Shown here: piece by piece, positions 36,642 through 50,766 of the stretch
How the letters are laid out: the number at the start of each line of letters is the position of its first letter
How positions within the stretch are numbered: position 1 is the first letter of the stretch
Assembly (NCBI GenBank): GCA_965285935.1
Contig: OZ260663.1
Coordinates: 93,062,001-93,126,000, forward strand
Reading direction: 5' to 3'
From: Ophelia neglecta
Taxonomy: Eukaryota
DNA length: 64,000 bases
Notes under the pieces: generated by a model
The model's input: only the letters and a program-made list of their open reading frames with translations
Told to the model about the DNA's origin: nothing
Databases searched by the model: none
Program-made: the position numbers and the translations under genes

Positions 36642-38894
36642 AAATAGACATGCAACAAAATAAAATATTCCATATTGTAAATGCACATCACGTTAAGGAT
36701 GTACTTTTAGTTCTTTTCAAGGGGTTCTCATTGTGATAACCATATGCGCGGCCGCCATCATAGCAGTACCTAAACTTGTGGTTGGCATTCTTAGTTTTCC
36801 AGGGCTTCTGTTACATTTTACATTTAGGAAGTTTGTATGTCATATTCAGCAGGTAAATATAAGTACATCTACTACCAAACAATACACTAACAATAATAGG
36901 GCCAACTTGCTCTTGAAGTAAAGATACTGTTTTAATAAATCTTATAAATCTTACTTTCATATTATACCAGTAATTCACTCTGTTTATTTTTATTTCTTAA
37001 CAGGAGGCACGATGCGATGATAGCCCAAAGTCCCCAGAAAGATACATTGAAACGTATATCAGATTATGGAAAAAGTGATAAACAGTACGATCCCATGCTG
37101 GGCAAAGACAGGGACTACATTCTACTCCAGACAGACACGGGTCGTTGCGTCCAGATGTTGTGACACCTGGTGGAGCTTTCTGCCCTCTACCTCTATCCCC
37201 AACATCGCTTAACCTAGACAGGGAAAGTACAATCCACGTGAAACCAAACCACCTGTGCCACCCGTGGGAGAGTACCCATGCTGCACTACAACGACGGCAT
37301 TACCAGTTCCCGAATGCCCATCATGCGGTTTTTCATTGCATTTTCACATAAGAGGTATAACTGCTCATCCTAAAATCTAACTGAAATGATTTTTGGTCAT
37401 AAAAAATGGATCGGACACTATATATGCATCGACCAGCCTATCCAGAGTCAAGGATAGTGTTTCCTCGAATACACAGCACAGCACGGAGAACATCATTTCA
37501 CGTCCGGAACATACTTATTAAAAGTACACTCTTACCGTGGACATATACGTGGAATAAGCGAAATCTCTCCGGGAAAGGAAATATTCTTATAACGGACCAA
37601 AAGTGTCTATTCGTTCGGGTGCCCTGCCATCAACGTGAAACCTTCGGATACTGTGTTAATGCCATCGGAATCAATCCCTGACAATGGACCCTCCACCGTG
37701 TAGCACTACAAGGAGAGTGCGCGCCAAGGACTATGCTACATCCAAAATCCCTTTAATTAACACATTCTGCAGTTTTACACGTTATATAACTGCACATTCG
37801 CACTTACAATGGTCAATATTTCAACCTAGGCCGCAGGCACACTCACTATTATAATGCTTCACCGTTTTTTCACAAGAAAAAACGAGTTATTTTTTAATTT
37901 AAACTATCCTCGCCATTCTCAGCACGTATAATTTGGCAGTATACTGCCTACAAAGAATGGATATATATAATTAAGCTTCGTTGTGATAAGACGTAGTGGA
38001 AATAAGCTATGTACAAATATACTATTGAAAACTCAACATACAAATATAAATCAAATTAATTAGTGTCTCAACAGAAAGAAGAGATCTATCAACTGTCTGG
38101 AAATGACTTTTCTGTGATTTGCTTCTGCTTAGTTTGTAGGAGTACACTGCCTTAAAAGAATGAACATCTATACCTTACGTTCACCAAAACAAAAGACATG
38201 TTTGAACGCTAAGCATTATTGGAGTACACATATGTTTAGAACAATATATAATGTCTTCAAGAACGCCTATGTATTATAATGGACTATGTCTTGCAGACAT
38301 GCCGAGATGTATCACCAGATTAGTCAAATTTCGCTGTAAATAACGTATTTCTCATCTTTGAGTTAAACACAATATGTGTTAGAAATAAACAAGGTTGGTT
38401 TTTCACATGTGCATTATATCGTACCTCTGAGCCGTTTGCTCATTCTCAACATAACATTATCCACGGTCAAAGCCTGTATTAGGCGGTAAGTCAATGAAGC
38501 TGTATGACAACATCATATAAAGTAACAGCTAGATCATTTATAGTATGGCTGTCAAAAAGAAATGTTGATTGTCAATAATTTGATATTGGTCCTTTAAATA
38601 AGCGCATACCTGAACATGCCGCGAATAAGCATCTTGTTCCATATTACATTATTGTCACAGTTGCAAATAATTGGGCAAGCATGAGTGTCTTTCAGATCAA
38701 ACTTGATTTGTAAGCTATTACTTTTGCCAAAACTACGTGAAAGACACTAACCAGTAATGAGCTGATGATCAGCACTCTTCTGGTGTGAGCTCCCACCTTA
38801 CAATCCTAACTAACCATTTCCTTTTTCTGTCAGTTGCCTTGGAAATGTTTAAACCTAAATTGGTAATCTTTCATCATTGTTTATATATACAGCG

Positions 38895-39015
38895 ACCGCC
38901 GCAAGCTGAGCGAGTGATGCGCACTACGCCGGCGCTGGGTTTACCACCCATTGCATTGCGGCGCGCTGATGTACATCGAGTTATGATATTGACACTACCA
39001 TTTTGTGAAGGAATA
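38895..39015 (+). promoter_or_regulatory. Conserved upstream element (before A6)
   Basis: Same consensus; ~115 nt before ATG 39133. Confidence 0.68.
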
Positions 39016-39132
39016 ATAAATGTAATTAACTCATAAGGTGCGGCTGATTGCAATATCAGGATTAAAACAGCAGGAATACAGCAAGATTCCTTATCCGAAA
39101 GCTGAGTAATTGGTCAAATAGCGGTTATTACA

Positions 39133-42100
39133 ATGCACAGAGTACTGAAGGACCTTATTCTACGCGCTATGATCGTTGCAATATGGCTACAAACAGGAAT
39201 CTCGAGTGAGTACTGAAAATGCATTATCATATTCCAAGGAACGCCATCTTGCGCAGTGACTGACTTCATTGCTCCGCTTGTTAATATAACATGCCATGGT
39301 GGCGCATTGGTAAAGATCTCCGTATTATACGTTTGCTAACAATGAGCAATTAATGTGTAATGTTTTGCATGTATTGAACTAATATTATTTGGTGAAAATG
39401 GAACCAAGCACTTTGAACGTTTAACATTTCTTCGTGAGTAATAGTGTAAATACTATGCATCGAATAAAAATACGTGTATGTGCACATATATTTCGTATAC
39501 CAGTTACAATAAACGTGTTATTTTGAGAAAATCCACTGTTGTTAATAAAACCACGAGCAGAATCTATTGATATTAAGTTTGATTAAAACACACGAACACA
39601 ATTTCATTTGTGCAAATAACCCTAGGTCTTCCCACGAAATAACGTTTGTGGAGCCCTCTGTGAGCCCAAGTCGGTAGAAACTAGCATTGGTTATGTTTTG
39701 GAAGTGTATCAGTATGTATTCCCACTTGCGTTCATTCGTCAAATAAGCCCGGATCCGTTTTGGAACCATCATGGTTTTGTAGAAAAAGACTAAGTGTAAT
39801 TGTAATAGTCGGTATTTGTAATTAAAATACTCCCTATTTTGCCGATTACTAAACGCTCGCATAAAAAATCATGGTATAATTCTCGTGTCACAATCCGTAT
39901 ATTACAATCTGCCTCAACTGATGAGCTTGGTGGCATATTGTCAAAGGACTCATCCATATTAAAACCGAAGTACACTTAGTTTTCGACGAATATATATATA
40001 TCCTTTAATAAACAATGAAAATATATAGTTGATATCAGTTGTTATGAGGTGCAGTTAACAGGGTTCCGTCGTACGAACGCGATGCAAATGTGTTAGGGGT
40101 CAACTCCGGACCTCAGAAATATGCCTTAGGACACAGTATCAGTCAGTTCGGAACACCCTAAGGTTATCGTGTACTTTTCTTTAATACATATATTCAGAAG
40201 CGTTTGTTTTGATTTGCAGAAGAAGATGAAATTTGTTTTTGGTCTACATACGACGCTACTTGTGATGAGAATGAAGTTATACAAATGGTGCATGGGCTCT
40301 ACGGGCGGATGTCGGTGGGACGCTGCATATCAAAGGACTTTGATGTCGGGATGGGCTGTCAGGTAGACGTGTTGAGCTACTTGGACTCGGTGTGCTCTGG
40401 CAGACAGTCATGCCAGCTAAGACTGCCGCAGGATCATCCAGCACCTGAATACCAACCTTGTCCACGAGGGTTGGAATCATATTTACAGTTGAAATACAAC
40501 TGTATAACTGGTAGGTAAACCAAACCAGCTTTCTAAACCCCATAACTGAATAGTCATTCAAGCAGTCTCAGGATCACCTGGATATTTAAAATAAAGGCAG
40601 GGTCACATAAAATGCAAGATGACATAACCGATGCCAATATCCTTAACAATTGCTGGCCAGTTATGTTTTGCCACCTTTTAATTTCAACCAAAGTGTTGTG
40701 AATGAATTATTTAGTAGCTTCGGTACAAGAAACCAAACTCCTATTTCAGTAACGGCATCAAGGATAGTCCCTCCCCTTAATATTATATTACGCATATTCA
40801 AGCACGGAATCTACTTTAACTGCAGACTCGCCTTTAGTTACGTTACTTCATGTTATCATTTGCTTATTACTTCTAGTAATTTCTCCGACAAAGCCGTGTG
40901 CCGGTAATCCTATAACAGTCACGGGAACAACTGGGTTTTTGGCCAACTACGTTACAGAAGGAACTGGGCAGGGATCACAGGAATGTCCTTTGGAGATCCG
41001 GGGATCCCCCGGCCAAAGGATCCGTCTCACATTACACGACTACGGTGTGTGGACACCCTCGAAACCCCAGGGAGGCGACGCAGACGTTAACGACCTTGAG
41101 GAGTCGAATATGTGTCACATATACGCCCGAGTTAGGGAAGGTAAAGCAAGTTGAAATAAATAAATATGCTTTGTGTCTATCATTACAATACCTAACAATA
41201 TGTCATTTAAATAATATGCACACATAAGTTTCAAAATCGATTCCCCGAAGAAATGTTTAAGTTTCTCTATGAACCAACTGTTAAAAGACACAATTTGTTA
41301 ATAATAAACTATACCTGTTTGATTTCATTATGTAATGATTATTGTTTTCATTGCCAGTTACCTCTGAGAGTTCTGTCACTATTTGTGGAGGCGAGATGCG
41401 AGAGAAAATAGTATACCTCTCGGAGACAGAGGGCGTACACATCGCTTTAACTAACCCAAAACACAATCAACATTCCTCGTATTTCCTACTTCGATACGAA
41501 AGTGAGTGAAACTTTATATACTTGTAACCATTGTTCTGGGAACAATATATTTTAACATTTAATTATATACGACTTAAATGTCGACAAAAAATACCTTCAT
41601 TTTCGCGTTCAGTCCATCATTTACAGTTCGACATAGCTAGTGAAACTAATTTAATTGCGTTTTTTACCTTCAGTAATTGGGTGTCTTACCTACATCCCGC
41701 CAGAGGGCACTGTTATTGTACGCCGTGATAACGATATAGTAGTGACGTGTCCGGGTACCGGAAGTGAATGGAAGATGGTGTGTGATGGAACGCGCTGGCA
41801 AGCTGAAGGCAATATAACAAACTGTACTGTGATAAGTAAGTAATAAAGTAAAACATATTTGACATTGATTTTTCTTATTGCGTTTTAAACAATGCAAATA
41901 GTATAAGGAAATATATTTTTAGAGAATGAAATAACACAACTGGATAAACGGGAGCCGTCTGTGTCAACAGAGGCGCTGTTGGAGGGTGGCCTTACCTTAT
42001 CTCAAGGTGATGAAAACATTGAAACATTGATTATAATATAGCAACAGCTATAATGTACAAAAATGATTTGGAACCTCCGTTTTACTTCGAGCAGAAATTA

Positions 42101-42950
42101 AATGAATCATTCATTCCTAAGCAACATATGCAACATCTTTCCGACAATATTCAAAATGGGTTCCTTCTCTTCGGCATTCGAAGTGAAAACCGTTTCATAT
42201 ATTTCCAGGACTCGTGATTGCATTCTTTTTATCAATTGCTGTACTCATAGCAGTCATCATTATGGTAGTCGGTATTGTTATACTTCGAAGGTAAGTGGGG
42301 CGTTTCATCTCATCACCCTTTGCTCCGATTTCCCCTGGTTATCGCTGGTATATTTTTTTCATACGTAAGATACAGGCGTTGAATCTGTATTAAAATGCAT
42401 GCTTCTGGGATTACCCAAATAGGACACAATCATGCGATGCATATGTTACAAACTTATATTTTGTAGGAGGCAGGACACCTTGATGGAATCAACTCCCGGG
42501 TATAACTGTAAAGAACATTTCCCAATGTTGACCAAAGATCAGAGGGAGAATCAATCTCTCCCGGATAGGGGTTATACTTCTACAGGCCACAGCCATGCGT
42601 CTGTCCCTCCTGGCCCAATGACAACCCGTGGGCAATTTCCGCCATTACCACTACCACCGAGGTCATCGTTCACGGAAGCGGGCCACTGTACTATCCATGA
42701 TACACTAAGCCGTGACCGCAATCCGAGGAACAGTGACCAGGTACCACAGCCTTTCATCGAACAGCACTTACCCAGTCAGTGGCCTACACTCAGTAACTGT
42801 AGAACCAAAAACCATTTCTACCACGAGTTGGACCCGGAACATGTCAATGTTCACAAGGGGTCGCCACTGGTTCACACAGGATCCGTAATCGAGGGGTTTG
42901 ACGTTGACGATAACTCAACCCCTCTTCCTGATGTGCTCTCCGCGTCCTAA
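39133..42950 (+). CDS. Receptor copy A6, 527 aa
   Basis: Exons 39133-39205, 40220-40510, 40877-41140, 41358-41501, 41674-41835, 41923-42006, 42209-42290, 42467-42950. Total 1584 nt, in frame. Confidence 0.87.
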
Positions 42951-43686
42951 TTAGAAGGACACAGCTAATATGATGACACTGTTGATGTGATAAAATGCCG
43001 TATAGCCATTAGACGAATTAAAGTTATTCATGATTATATAAATAGTATGATGTAAGAATCGATGCGGATTACAACTACATTCATAATGCGGATAGTATTC
43101 ATTTCCTTTCGGCGAGAAAAAATATTGATGAAATGTTGGATAACGTTAATGGAAACAGTGTTTGTCTACACAACTACAATAAATAGTTTGTAATAATATT
43201 GACAAATAGGAATATATTCAGTTTAAAATGACACAAAAACCTTCTTCAGGAATAATATGTGTTGTGGCTGATTACGAAGGGATGGAACAAATGCCATTAA
43301 AAGGGAAAAATTCTTTCAGTGATATTGGATCAATGTCATGCGTAGCAGCGATATGTTCCAAGGTGACTCTGGATTAAAACGCACTGTCTCAGTGGCATCA
43401 TCATTTAGGCCCCTGATGCGAGGGTCATTCTAGTTTGGGCAGTGTTTATTTATTGCATGACAAGAACTTCCGAATGGCAACCACTGTATGCTTAACTGGA
43501 TAAGGCATAATGATTGATTTATATAAAGCTGCATCGTCGTGATGTTGATATTAATGATTATACACATTAGAATATACGGGACAATAGCATATTATACCTA
43601 TTATCTATTTCAATCACTTTTGGTTGCATTTTAACATTTAAGTAACAAATAGACTGAATTTCAACTATATTAGACCTGAAAAAAGT

Positions 43687-43795
43687 GAGCCGCGAACAGA
43701 GCAAGTGCTTCGCACAGCGCCGGCTGTGCATTTACCTTTTGCACATCTTGTTTTGAGTTCGTATACTGACACTACCATTTTGTGCAACTTTACTA
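43687..43795 (+). promoter_or_regulatory. Conserved upstream element, internally deleted (before B4)
   Basis: GAGCCGCG..CGCACAGCGCCGGC..GAGTTCGTATACTGACACTACCA. Confidence 0.55.
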
Positions 43796-45589
43796 GGGGG
43801 ATATTTGAATTTAAATATCATTACAATGAATACAAATTTGGAATACCTTGTTCTGTTTATAGCGATGTTGACTATTTGGATACCAACAGAAGCCTCGAGT
43901 AAGTACTGGTTTTCAAGGTTCAGTTAGAGGAAACGCTATCTTGTAGCCAGCCCAATCGCTCCTCATTTACGGATTGCATAAATATGTGTTAGGGCAATCC
44001 TATGTAAAAAGTGCGGTAAAACGAGTTGTACTTTAGTTCAAAGCGCTCCTCTAATTTTCTAATTGTATCCTAAAACGGACGGCTTCTATTCAATTGACGC
44101 TTTTAATGGTGACCTTGTTTAAAGTATGGTCAATCTCAGTCCCTAATAATATCTTATGCATAATGTGTTATAATTTCAAATAACATTGGCTAAACACTCC
44201 TGAATGTATTTATGCTGAAACGGACACGTTTTAATATAAAACATTTTAAGGCAAGGTAAATTCCCACTTATAGGCCGCAATTATATGCATACAATCAATG
44301 AGTTTATAGATATACCTCGTTGCCAACGACATATCCTCTTTCTTGTTTGTTGAATCTCGCTTCAGCTTAAATTAAAGCTAAATAACACACAAATTTGCGT
44401 CTTCGTCCGGTATATAGGTGACCATCAATGTATAACCATTCATGCAGTATATTTTTATTTTATTTGCAAGGGTTATGATTCGATTTGAAATTCAATAAAT
44501 ATCAGCATAACAATCTTATTTGACGAAGATTATTAAGTGACAAACCATCCAGTCATAGGTACGGAACTAATTCAAACTATTTGAAAAAGAGTCAACGTGT
44601 ACAGAAGAAAGTGTTTTAAACATTTTATTGGTAATATCAAACATTCAAGAAGGTTAAGTAAGGCGACACATATCTTGTATGTGCCTCGTATCTAGGCTAT
44701 GTCGGACATATGTAGACGCTCGAAAGGTGGGCATGGTTGGCTGAATCTTATAAAAACACATTTTGGTTGTTAATCTCTTTTGCATTGTTTAATGTGAATT
44801 GTTTTCTAAATACCAGCCTTCTTGTAAGTAAGCCAAGCTTACAATAACACTAGTGCATTTAAATATGTTTGTCCTTACTCTTACTTTTGAATAACACGTT
44901 GTTTATTAACATTGAGCTTTCCAAGAACAAAAAACTGTTTAAAAACAAATTACGTGTAATAGCTGGGTTTGCAAAATATTCTGGCACAACCCGTGAAACA
45001 ATATTAAGAACACTTCGTTTCAATTTACATTTAAATATGCGAATCACAAGACATTAGAGTCCATGCCCTTATTATCTCAAATTCATTCAATGGATCATTC
45101 TTGATAATTGATTTTGCTTTGTCCCCCGGGTATCCATTCCCGTTATTTCACAGTCTGTGAGCATTACATTCAGTAATTCAGCAGAAGAGCATACACAATA
45201 GTATTCCGTGTTATGCCTTTGGTATGTATCAAATGTATGTCAAGTCAGATGCTCTTCAGTGCCCTTAACGTGACAGAAATCATTTACAAGGAAAAACTAC
45301 CTGTTTTTTGTGCCATAGTAAAGCACGTAGCGACGTGCACATATGTTCTAAAAACATCAATATATAATTTAAGTACACGCTAAGACCGACACAACCACTA
45401 AAACGCCTTTTGTGAGAAGTGATGCTTCATCAAACAAGCACATGCTCTGTTTCCCGCCCATAGGCTGTCTGTGTTGGCAACATTTTGCAAACGGGCAGAT
45501 TTAACGGATAAGTGTTTTGTATCGGTTTTACAGAAGTATAAGTTTTGCATTCGCCTTATGATTTGACTACAATGGATTTCTATTCCATC

Positions 45590-46475
45590 AATCAATATTC
45601 TTCCAAATATCACTTTTTGTCATATTACTGATGCTCTTTCAAATGCTTTGAGTTAGTCACCTCAGCTAAGAAATATTAGGAAGTGGTAAAGCAAAGTCCA
45701 CGAAGTGCTTGGGATACTTGGTCCACACTGCTCTTGTTTTGTAGTACTTAATTTACCGCAATCTTTACTAAGTGGAAGGGTTGACTGTTAACAAAGTAAA
45801 ATATGTGGACCTTTGGTCGAGGTTTGTCTATAATTCGATAGCTTCAAAAGTGTGTCACTGGGTGCCTCGTGCCGGGTCCACAGCGGCTCGTGGCAAGCCT
45901 CGCGTATTGCTCGAATATCTAAAGAATACAGATGTTTTGTAATGGAAGTATGTGATATCTTCCTTGAGTACCATGGAGTCAATTTACAGCATAATCGGAA
46001 TGTATATTTATATGCATTATTTACCCATACTTAACATTCCATATTCTTCCAAACATCGCTTTATGACATATAACTGATGCCCCCGCATATACTTTGAGTT
46101 AGTCACCTCAACTAAGAATCATTAGGAAATGCTAAAGTAAAGTCCGCCAAGTGCTTGGGATATTTGATCCACACTCCTCTTGTTTTTTAGTACTTGATTT
46201 ACCGCAATGTTTACTGGATGAGTGTAAACAAGCTAAAATATGTGGACCTTTGGTCGAGGTTTATTTTCAATTCGATAGCTTTCTTTCATCAAAAGTGTGT
46301 CACTAGGTGCCACGTGAATGGGGCACAGCGGCTCGTGGCATTGCCTCGCATTGCATTCAAAAACTATGGAACGCAGATGTTTTGTAATGGAAATATAGGC
46401 AAGCTTCCTACTGTACCAGTGAGTCAAGCATAATTGGAATGTATATTTATATGCAGTGTTTACACATACGTAACA
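45590..46475. repeat. Diverged tandem duplication, unit ~445 bp
   Basis: ATATTCTTCCAAA..TTTGAGTTAGTCACCTCA..GTGGACCTTTGGTCGAGGTTT..GAATGTATATTTATATGCA present at ~45590-46035 and ~46036-46475. Confidence 0.85.
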
Positions 46476-48224
46476 GGCGGCTGGCAGGGTAATCCACAAT
46501 AACGGGGATTTAATGAACCCCCATAGACTGAGTGTAGCTTTTACATCCAATTGGATGATTTGTATTCACCACACGTTGGAATATACGTTAGGTTCCAAGA
46601 TTTCTTTTCTTGATCTTGATTTCTTTACTGATCCAATGCAAAGCCCAAGAACTGGCGGACAAAGACCTTGGTTATAAGGCATAATTAGCTATGTACCTTC
46701 CGAGGATGAAAACCACTCCGACCAAGAACAGCTATTCGTGTATTCCGTTAAGTGGCCATCAAAGGGTATTGCCCTGATGTTCGGATATCAGACGACTATG
46801 TATTTCAAAGGTAGATCAAAATGACAATTAAGTTCAACAGCCCAAATTTCTGCAGCATTTCTAGATTCACATACTTAACCTGCTATAGATTACCAGTATC
46901 AAGTAGGAATTTTAAAGCATACGCATTTTCTATAGAAACGGCGAAGGTTGCAGTATAAAACTTAAAAAAACATTGTCAATCTTTAAATAGCCACAGCTTA
47001 TATTCATAACAAATTCATATATTATCATCCTTGATCAGTCTTTTCACACATATAATCAGGCTTTCAGCTCTACGAGCCTTTCATCGAGCATTCTTCATTG
47101 ATCGGTTAGAGTAGCAAGCTTTGCCCTGAGCGGTTTTATACAGAGACGGTGAGTCATGCTGCCCTACATGTTGGCAGGCATGTGGGAAGTATTACCATTA
47201 GTACGAGATATCTGACAGCATAGAGCAGGCGCTTTGTTCGCCTGCTAATTTGCCGGTGTTTCAACATTTGATACATGATATGAACTAAGAGTATGTAGAG
47301 TTCCATGATATAAACACGCTCAACGCTAACACCTGGTGAAGTTAATAACATTTGGAATGAAACCCTACTTAATCTCATCTATTAAGATGTTTCTGTTGAT
47401 TTATTTTTGCATCACCTGAGAAATAAATTATTGCTATGAGACGCTTATGAAAGAGATATATGATGCACCTCCGTATCCGAGAAACATGGTTAAAAGAGCA
47501 AAACATATTTGACTTTATCGCTTTTTCATGTTCTGTCCTAGTCTGTACAGTGGTGGTCTATATTGATCTAGCGTATGTCATTGTATTGTACTGTCAGAAT
47601 TATCAGATATTCTAATCATGATGTTCTTTACCATGTTTCCTAATTTTTTCTAAAAATCGTTCGAAATATCGCAATATGCCTCGCTTTCACTCTTTTCACG
47701 ATTCCTCCAACCCTCCGAACTTCTACCCGTGTGATAACCTTCTATTCAAGCCGGGTGCATCATTTTTTATATATTTAAGGGGGGGGGGGGGGGGGGCTAA
47801 CAGGTTTCGGGAAATACATTTTTTCCAGCATATATTATAAAAAGCTAGTGAGTGCAATAAAGTACATGTAGTTAAACATCATTCCTCTTCCAATAACTTT
47901 TTGTTGTGTTAATTCAACCTTAAGTGACATTCTTAAAAAGGAAAAGGGACGGTGTCCCTCAAGAGAAACACAGACTAAAGTATGACTGACGTCTTCTAAA
48001 AATATATTTAATTATAAGTGTTGGGGTGAGACTATTTTCTTCAATAGGTATAAACCAATACAAATCTATTGTATTATTTAAATACGCCGTTACTTTATAA
48101 CCGGCTTCGGAGCTCATGAATGAGGACATTTAATTTAAACCATGTGAATAAAACCTCCTTAAAGTGAGAATTTATCAAACAAAAATAATATACGCTTTCC
48201 ACGTTTTTCGTCAACGGGAACCTT

Positions 48225-48377
48225 AATTACAGAATAGGCTGTAAGGGAGACGCGCTGAGCTTTGTGGAATCGGTCTGCTCGTGGAGACAGACGTGTCGGA
48301 TAAACAGCTGGCTACTGAACTTGACCCGTGCCTAAGTATGGTGTCGTACTCACAATTACAATACAATTGTGTACTTG
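48225..48377 (+). pseudogene. Frameshifted 3' half of a SUEL lectin exon (B4)
   Basis: NYRIGCKGDALSFVESVCSWRQTCRI / DKQLATELDPCLSMVSYSQLQYNCVL, followed by the donor GTAGGT. Confidence 0.75.
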
Positions 48378-49029
48378 GTAGGTAAAACACATCGGAATGT
48401 ACAGGTTTTGTTTGTTTAAATAGCTCTTTAAAATGAGCTAGGTAGTGCATAGACATTGTCCGAATTCAGCCTCAGAAATTTGATCGGTCTTGGTGATTTG
48501 TGCACATCTCACCCACGCCCCCTCGGCAGATTTTTTTTAATGCTGGCCAGAAACTATTATGACGGAAAGTTGATATTTTCTTGTAGAAAATGCCAATCCT
48601 GATCCATTTTCCCCAAAATTAGGGTAATAGTTTATCTCTGGGAAACATGCAAATCATAGTATTGTCTAGCTTTGGCTCTTATACAACCATATAATATACA
48701 TCTAACGAAGATACTGTTTACTTTGTTAAAGGTAGTCTTATAAATCAAACCCAGCACAAACATGAATAAAATTAAAATTTTAGATCGTTTTCGGTAACAC
48801 TTGTATTAGAAGTTTTCAGAAAGGGACTGTTATTACTGTTAGTCCACATTAAATTGACAATCGCATTACACAACCATTCAAGAAACTGCTTAAAATCATT
48901 TGTGTTTAAATGGTGCTGTGATTTATAATAATCACAATAATAATTTACAGTTTTGTTACTGTATAATTTTAATCAGTTTGTAAATAATTTTATGGCAGTT
49001 CAAGCCACGCAGTCCTGCCAAATATATAG

Positions 49030-49209
49030 CAAACCTTTATTCACAGTGAGAAACTTGGCCTTAGCCACACACAATCCTAGGCTCATTGGTCTATCTCACC
49101 CCCGAGCAGCCACATTTAGGAGCATCGAAAGGACGACTGGGTCTGATCATGAGATCGAACACCAGCGGCCTGCGTGCGAGTCCGACGTGTTGCCATTGAA
49201 TCACGCCCC
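49030..49209 (-). mobile_element. tRNA-derived SINE (tRNA-Ala-like head)
   Basis: Minus strand GGGGCGTGATTCAATGG (A-box-like)...GTTCGATCTC (B box, 49160-49151); ends AATAAAGGTTT. Confidence 0.6.
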
Positions 49210-50766
49210 TCCCCCCCCCCCCCCCCAAACAGTAAAAAGGCCCATCTATTTCTAAGCACTTTTTTTGAGTGGGTTTGTGAATAAATGATGTTTTGATATT
49301 GAAATTTCCATATAACCATGTTATGAATATCATTGTATCGTTGAACTTCTTTTTCAGGTATTCGCATTTTGTCAATCATACCAGCCGCCGTTATCATAGC
49401 AGTCCCCATAGTCGTGATCGGCATTATTAGTGTCCGAAGGTCAGTTTTAGGTTTTTCATTACCGCGGTCATTTATAAATCATATACGCTGGATAACTATT
49501 AACGTATCTGCTACCTATTTGTAGGTATTCCCAATGACGAGACTATAATTCTTCGCCCACTATTGGCTACAATCGACAAATGCACTCTTTCACAGAAAGA
49601 TCGAATTATATTTTATGAATGCCGATCTTATTAGTATATATTCTTATTATTCTGTCTGAACAGGAGGCACGGGGCTGTGTTTGAGTCGGCGCATTCTCCC
49701 CATATGGATACAATGAAATTCGTGTTACATTCAACAAATATTGCTAAAGAATACGATCCAATGTTTGGCAAAAAACAGATATCGCGGAAATCTCACCAAA
49801 GCAAGAAGTACACAACTACTTCAGACCGACACGGGTCAGTGCGTCCGGATGTGGTGACACCTGGTGCAGAAATTCCGCCTTTGTACATGTACCAGTCATC
49901 GGACAGTAACCAGTTAGATTTGGAGCACCTTGTATTTCATGCATATTTGCCACTAGAGTTCACGGAAGCAGACACAAAGACTCTCGATACAGACCCGCCG
50001 GTACCACCTCCACAGAATATACCTGTTCCTTCTTCGACCGGGGCAAGAGATGCTGAAAGCCTTCAAACATGATATTGTTATTTAGAATGTCGATGCAAAG
50101 GGATGCCATTATATCTATACAAGTTTAACTGGGCAACGGTTATGTTTATATTTATTTTCTCTAATTGCAATAGTACATTACTAGCATCTTATATTACCTT
50201 CATCACCAAAGAAATTGAAATCCTGTTGAATGTGTCCCTATGCAAACACAAAGGCATGTTATATCCGACCGTATTTCAAGTCCTAAATGTCAATATGTCG
50301 GTTTTCATGGGTGCTTAGGCCTATGGGTCCTTAGGCCTATACTTGATAACGGTTTATTCTCTTATTGTACTATAATAACAAATCCTTTATCGCATTAATG
50401 AATGTGTGCTGCTGCCTCAGATGAAGCAACAACTTCATTTTAAGCCGGAATATAAACATGAACTAACTGTTACTAGTTTAATATTGGTTCCTGATGTAAT
50501 GGCATGCCTGACAGTTGTTTGGATGAGGAGTTTAGTTCATTTACCATTTAACATAAGATCAAAACCTCAAATCGTATTACTGTCAAAAAAGGAGGAAAAG
50601 ACAATAAATGATGAGTTGACTTAAGTGTCTGGCTGATTATTAACAACTGACTGTAGCGAGTTCACACCTTACAATCATAACAAATCATTTCCAGGTCCTG
50701 ACCTGTACCATTGGACGTTTAATATCTAAGTTCGAGACCTTTTAACCATTGTGCCATGAATACGAC

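Larger units (their letters stand above)
29465..37680 (+). pseudogene. B-type paralog B3, pseudogene
   Basis: E1 29465-29533 is 4 nt short (frameshift, TAA at codon 9). TM-like exon ~36722-36803 (GVLIVITICAAAIIAVPKLVVGILSFPG) has lost its GT donor. Tail exon from 37004 (RHDAM..YDPMLGKD..DRHGSLRPDVVTPG) is frameshifted. No lectin or CUB exons found. Confidence 0.7.
43826..50072 (+). other. B-type paralog B4: pseudogene or ectodomain-less SP-TM-tail protein (187 aa)
   Basis: Intact E1 43826-43898 (MNTNLEYLVLFIAMLTIWIPTEAS), broken lectin relic ~48225-48377, intact TM exon 49358-49439 and open tail exon 49664-50072. E1+E7+E8 total 564 nt, in frame. Confidence 0.55.

Noticed and set aside
47779-47796. 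Poly-G/poly-C runs (also ~6824-6860, 18630-18653, 25247-25270, 49206-49226) as G-quadruplex regulators
   Set aside because: Common low-complexity or repeat-associated tracts; not positionally conserved beyond the recent A4/A5 duplicate
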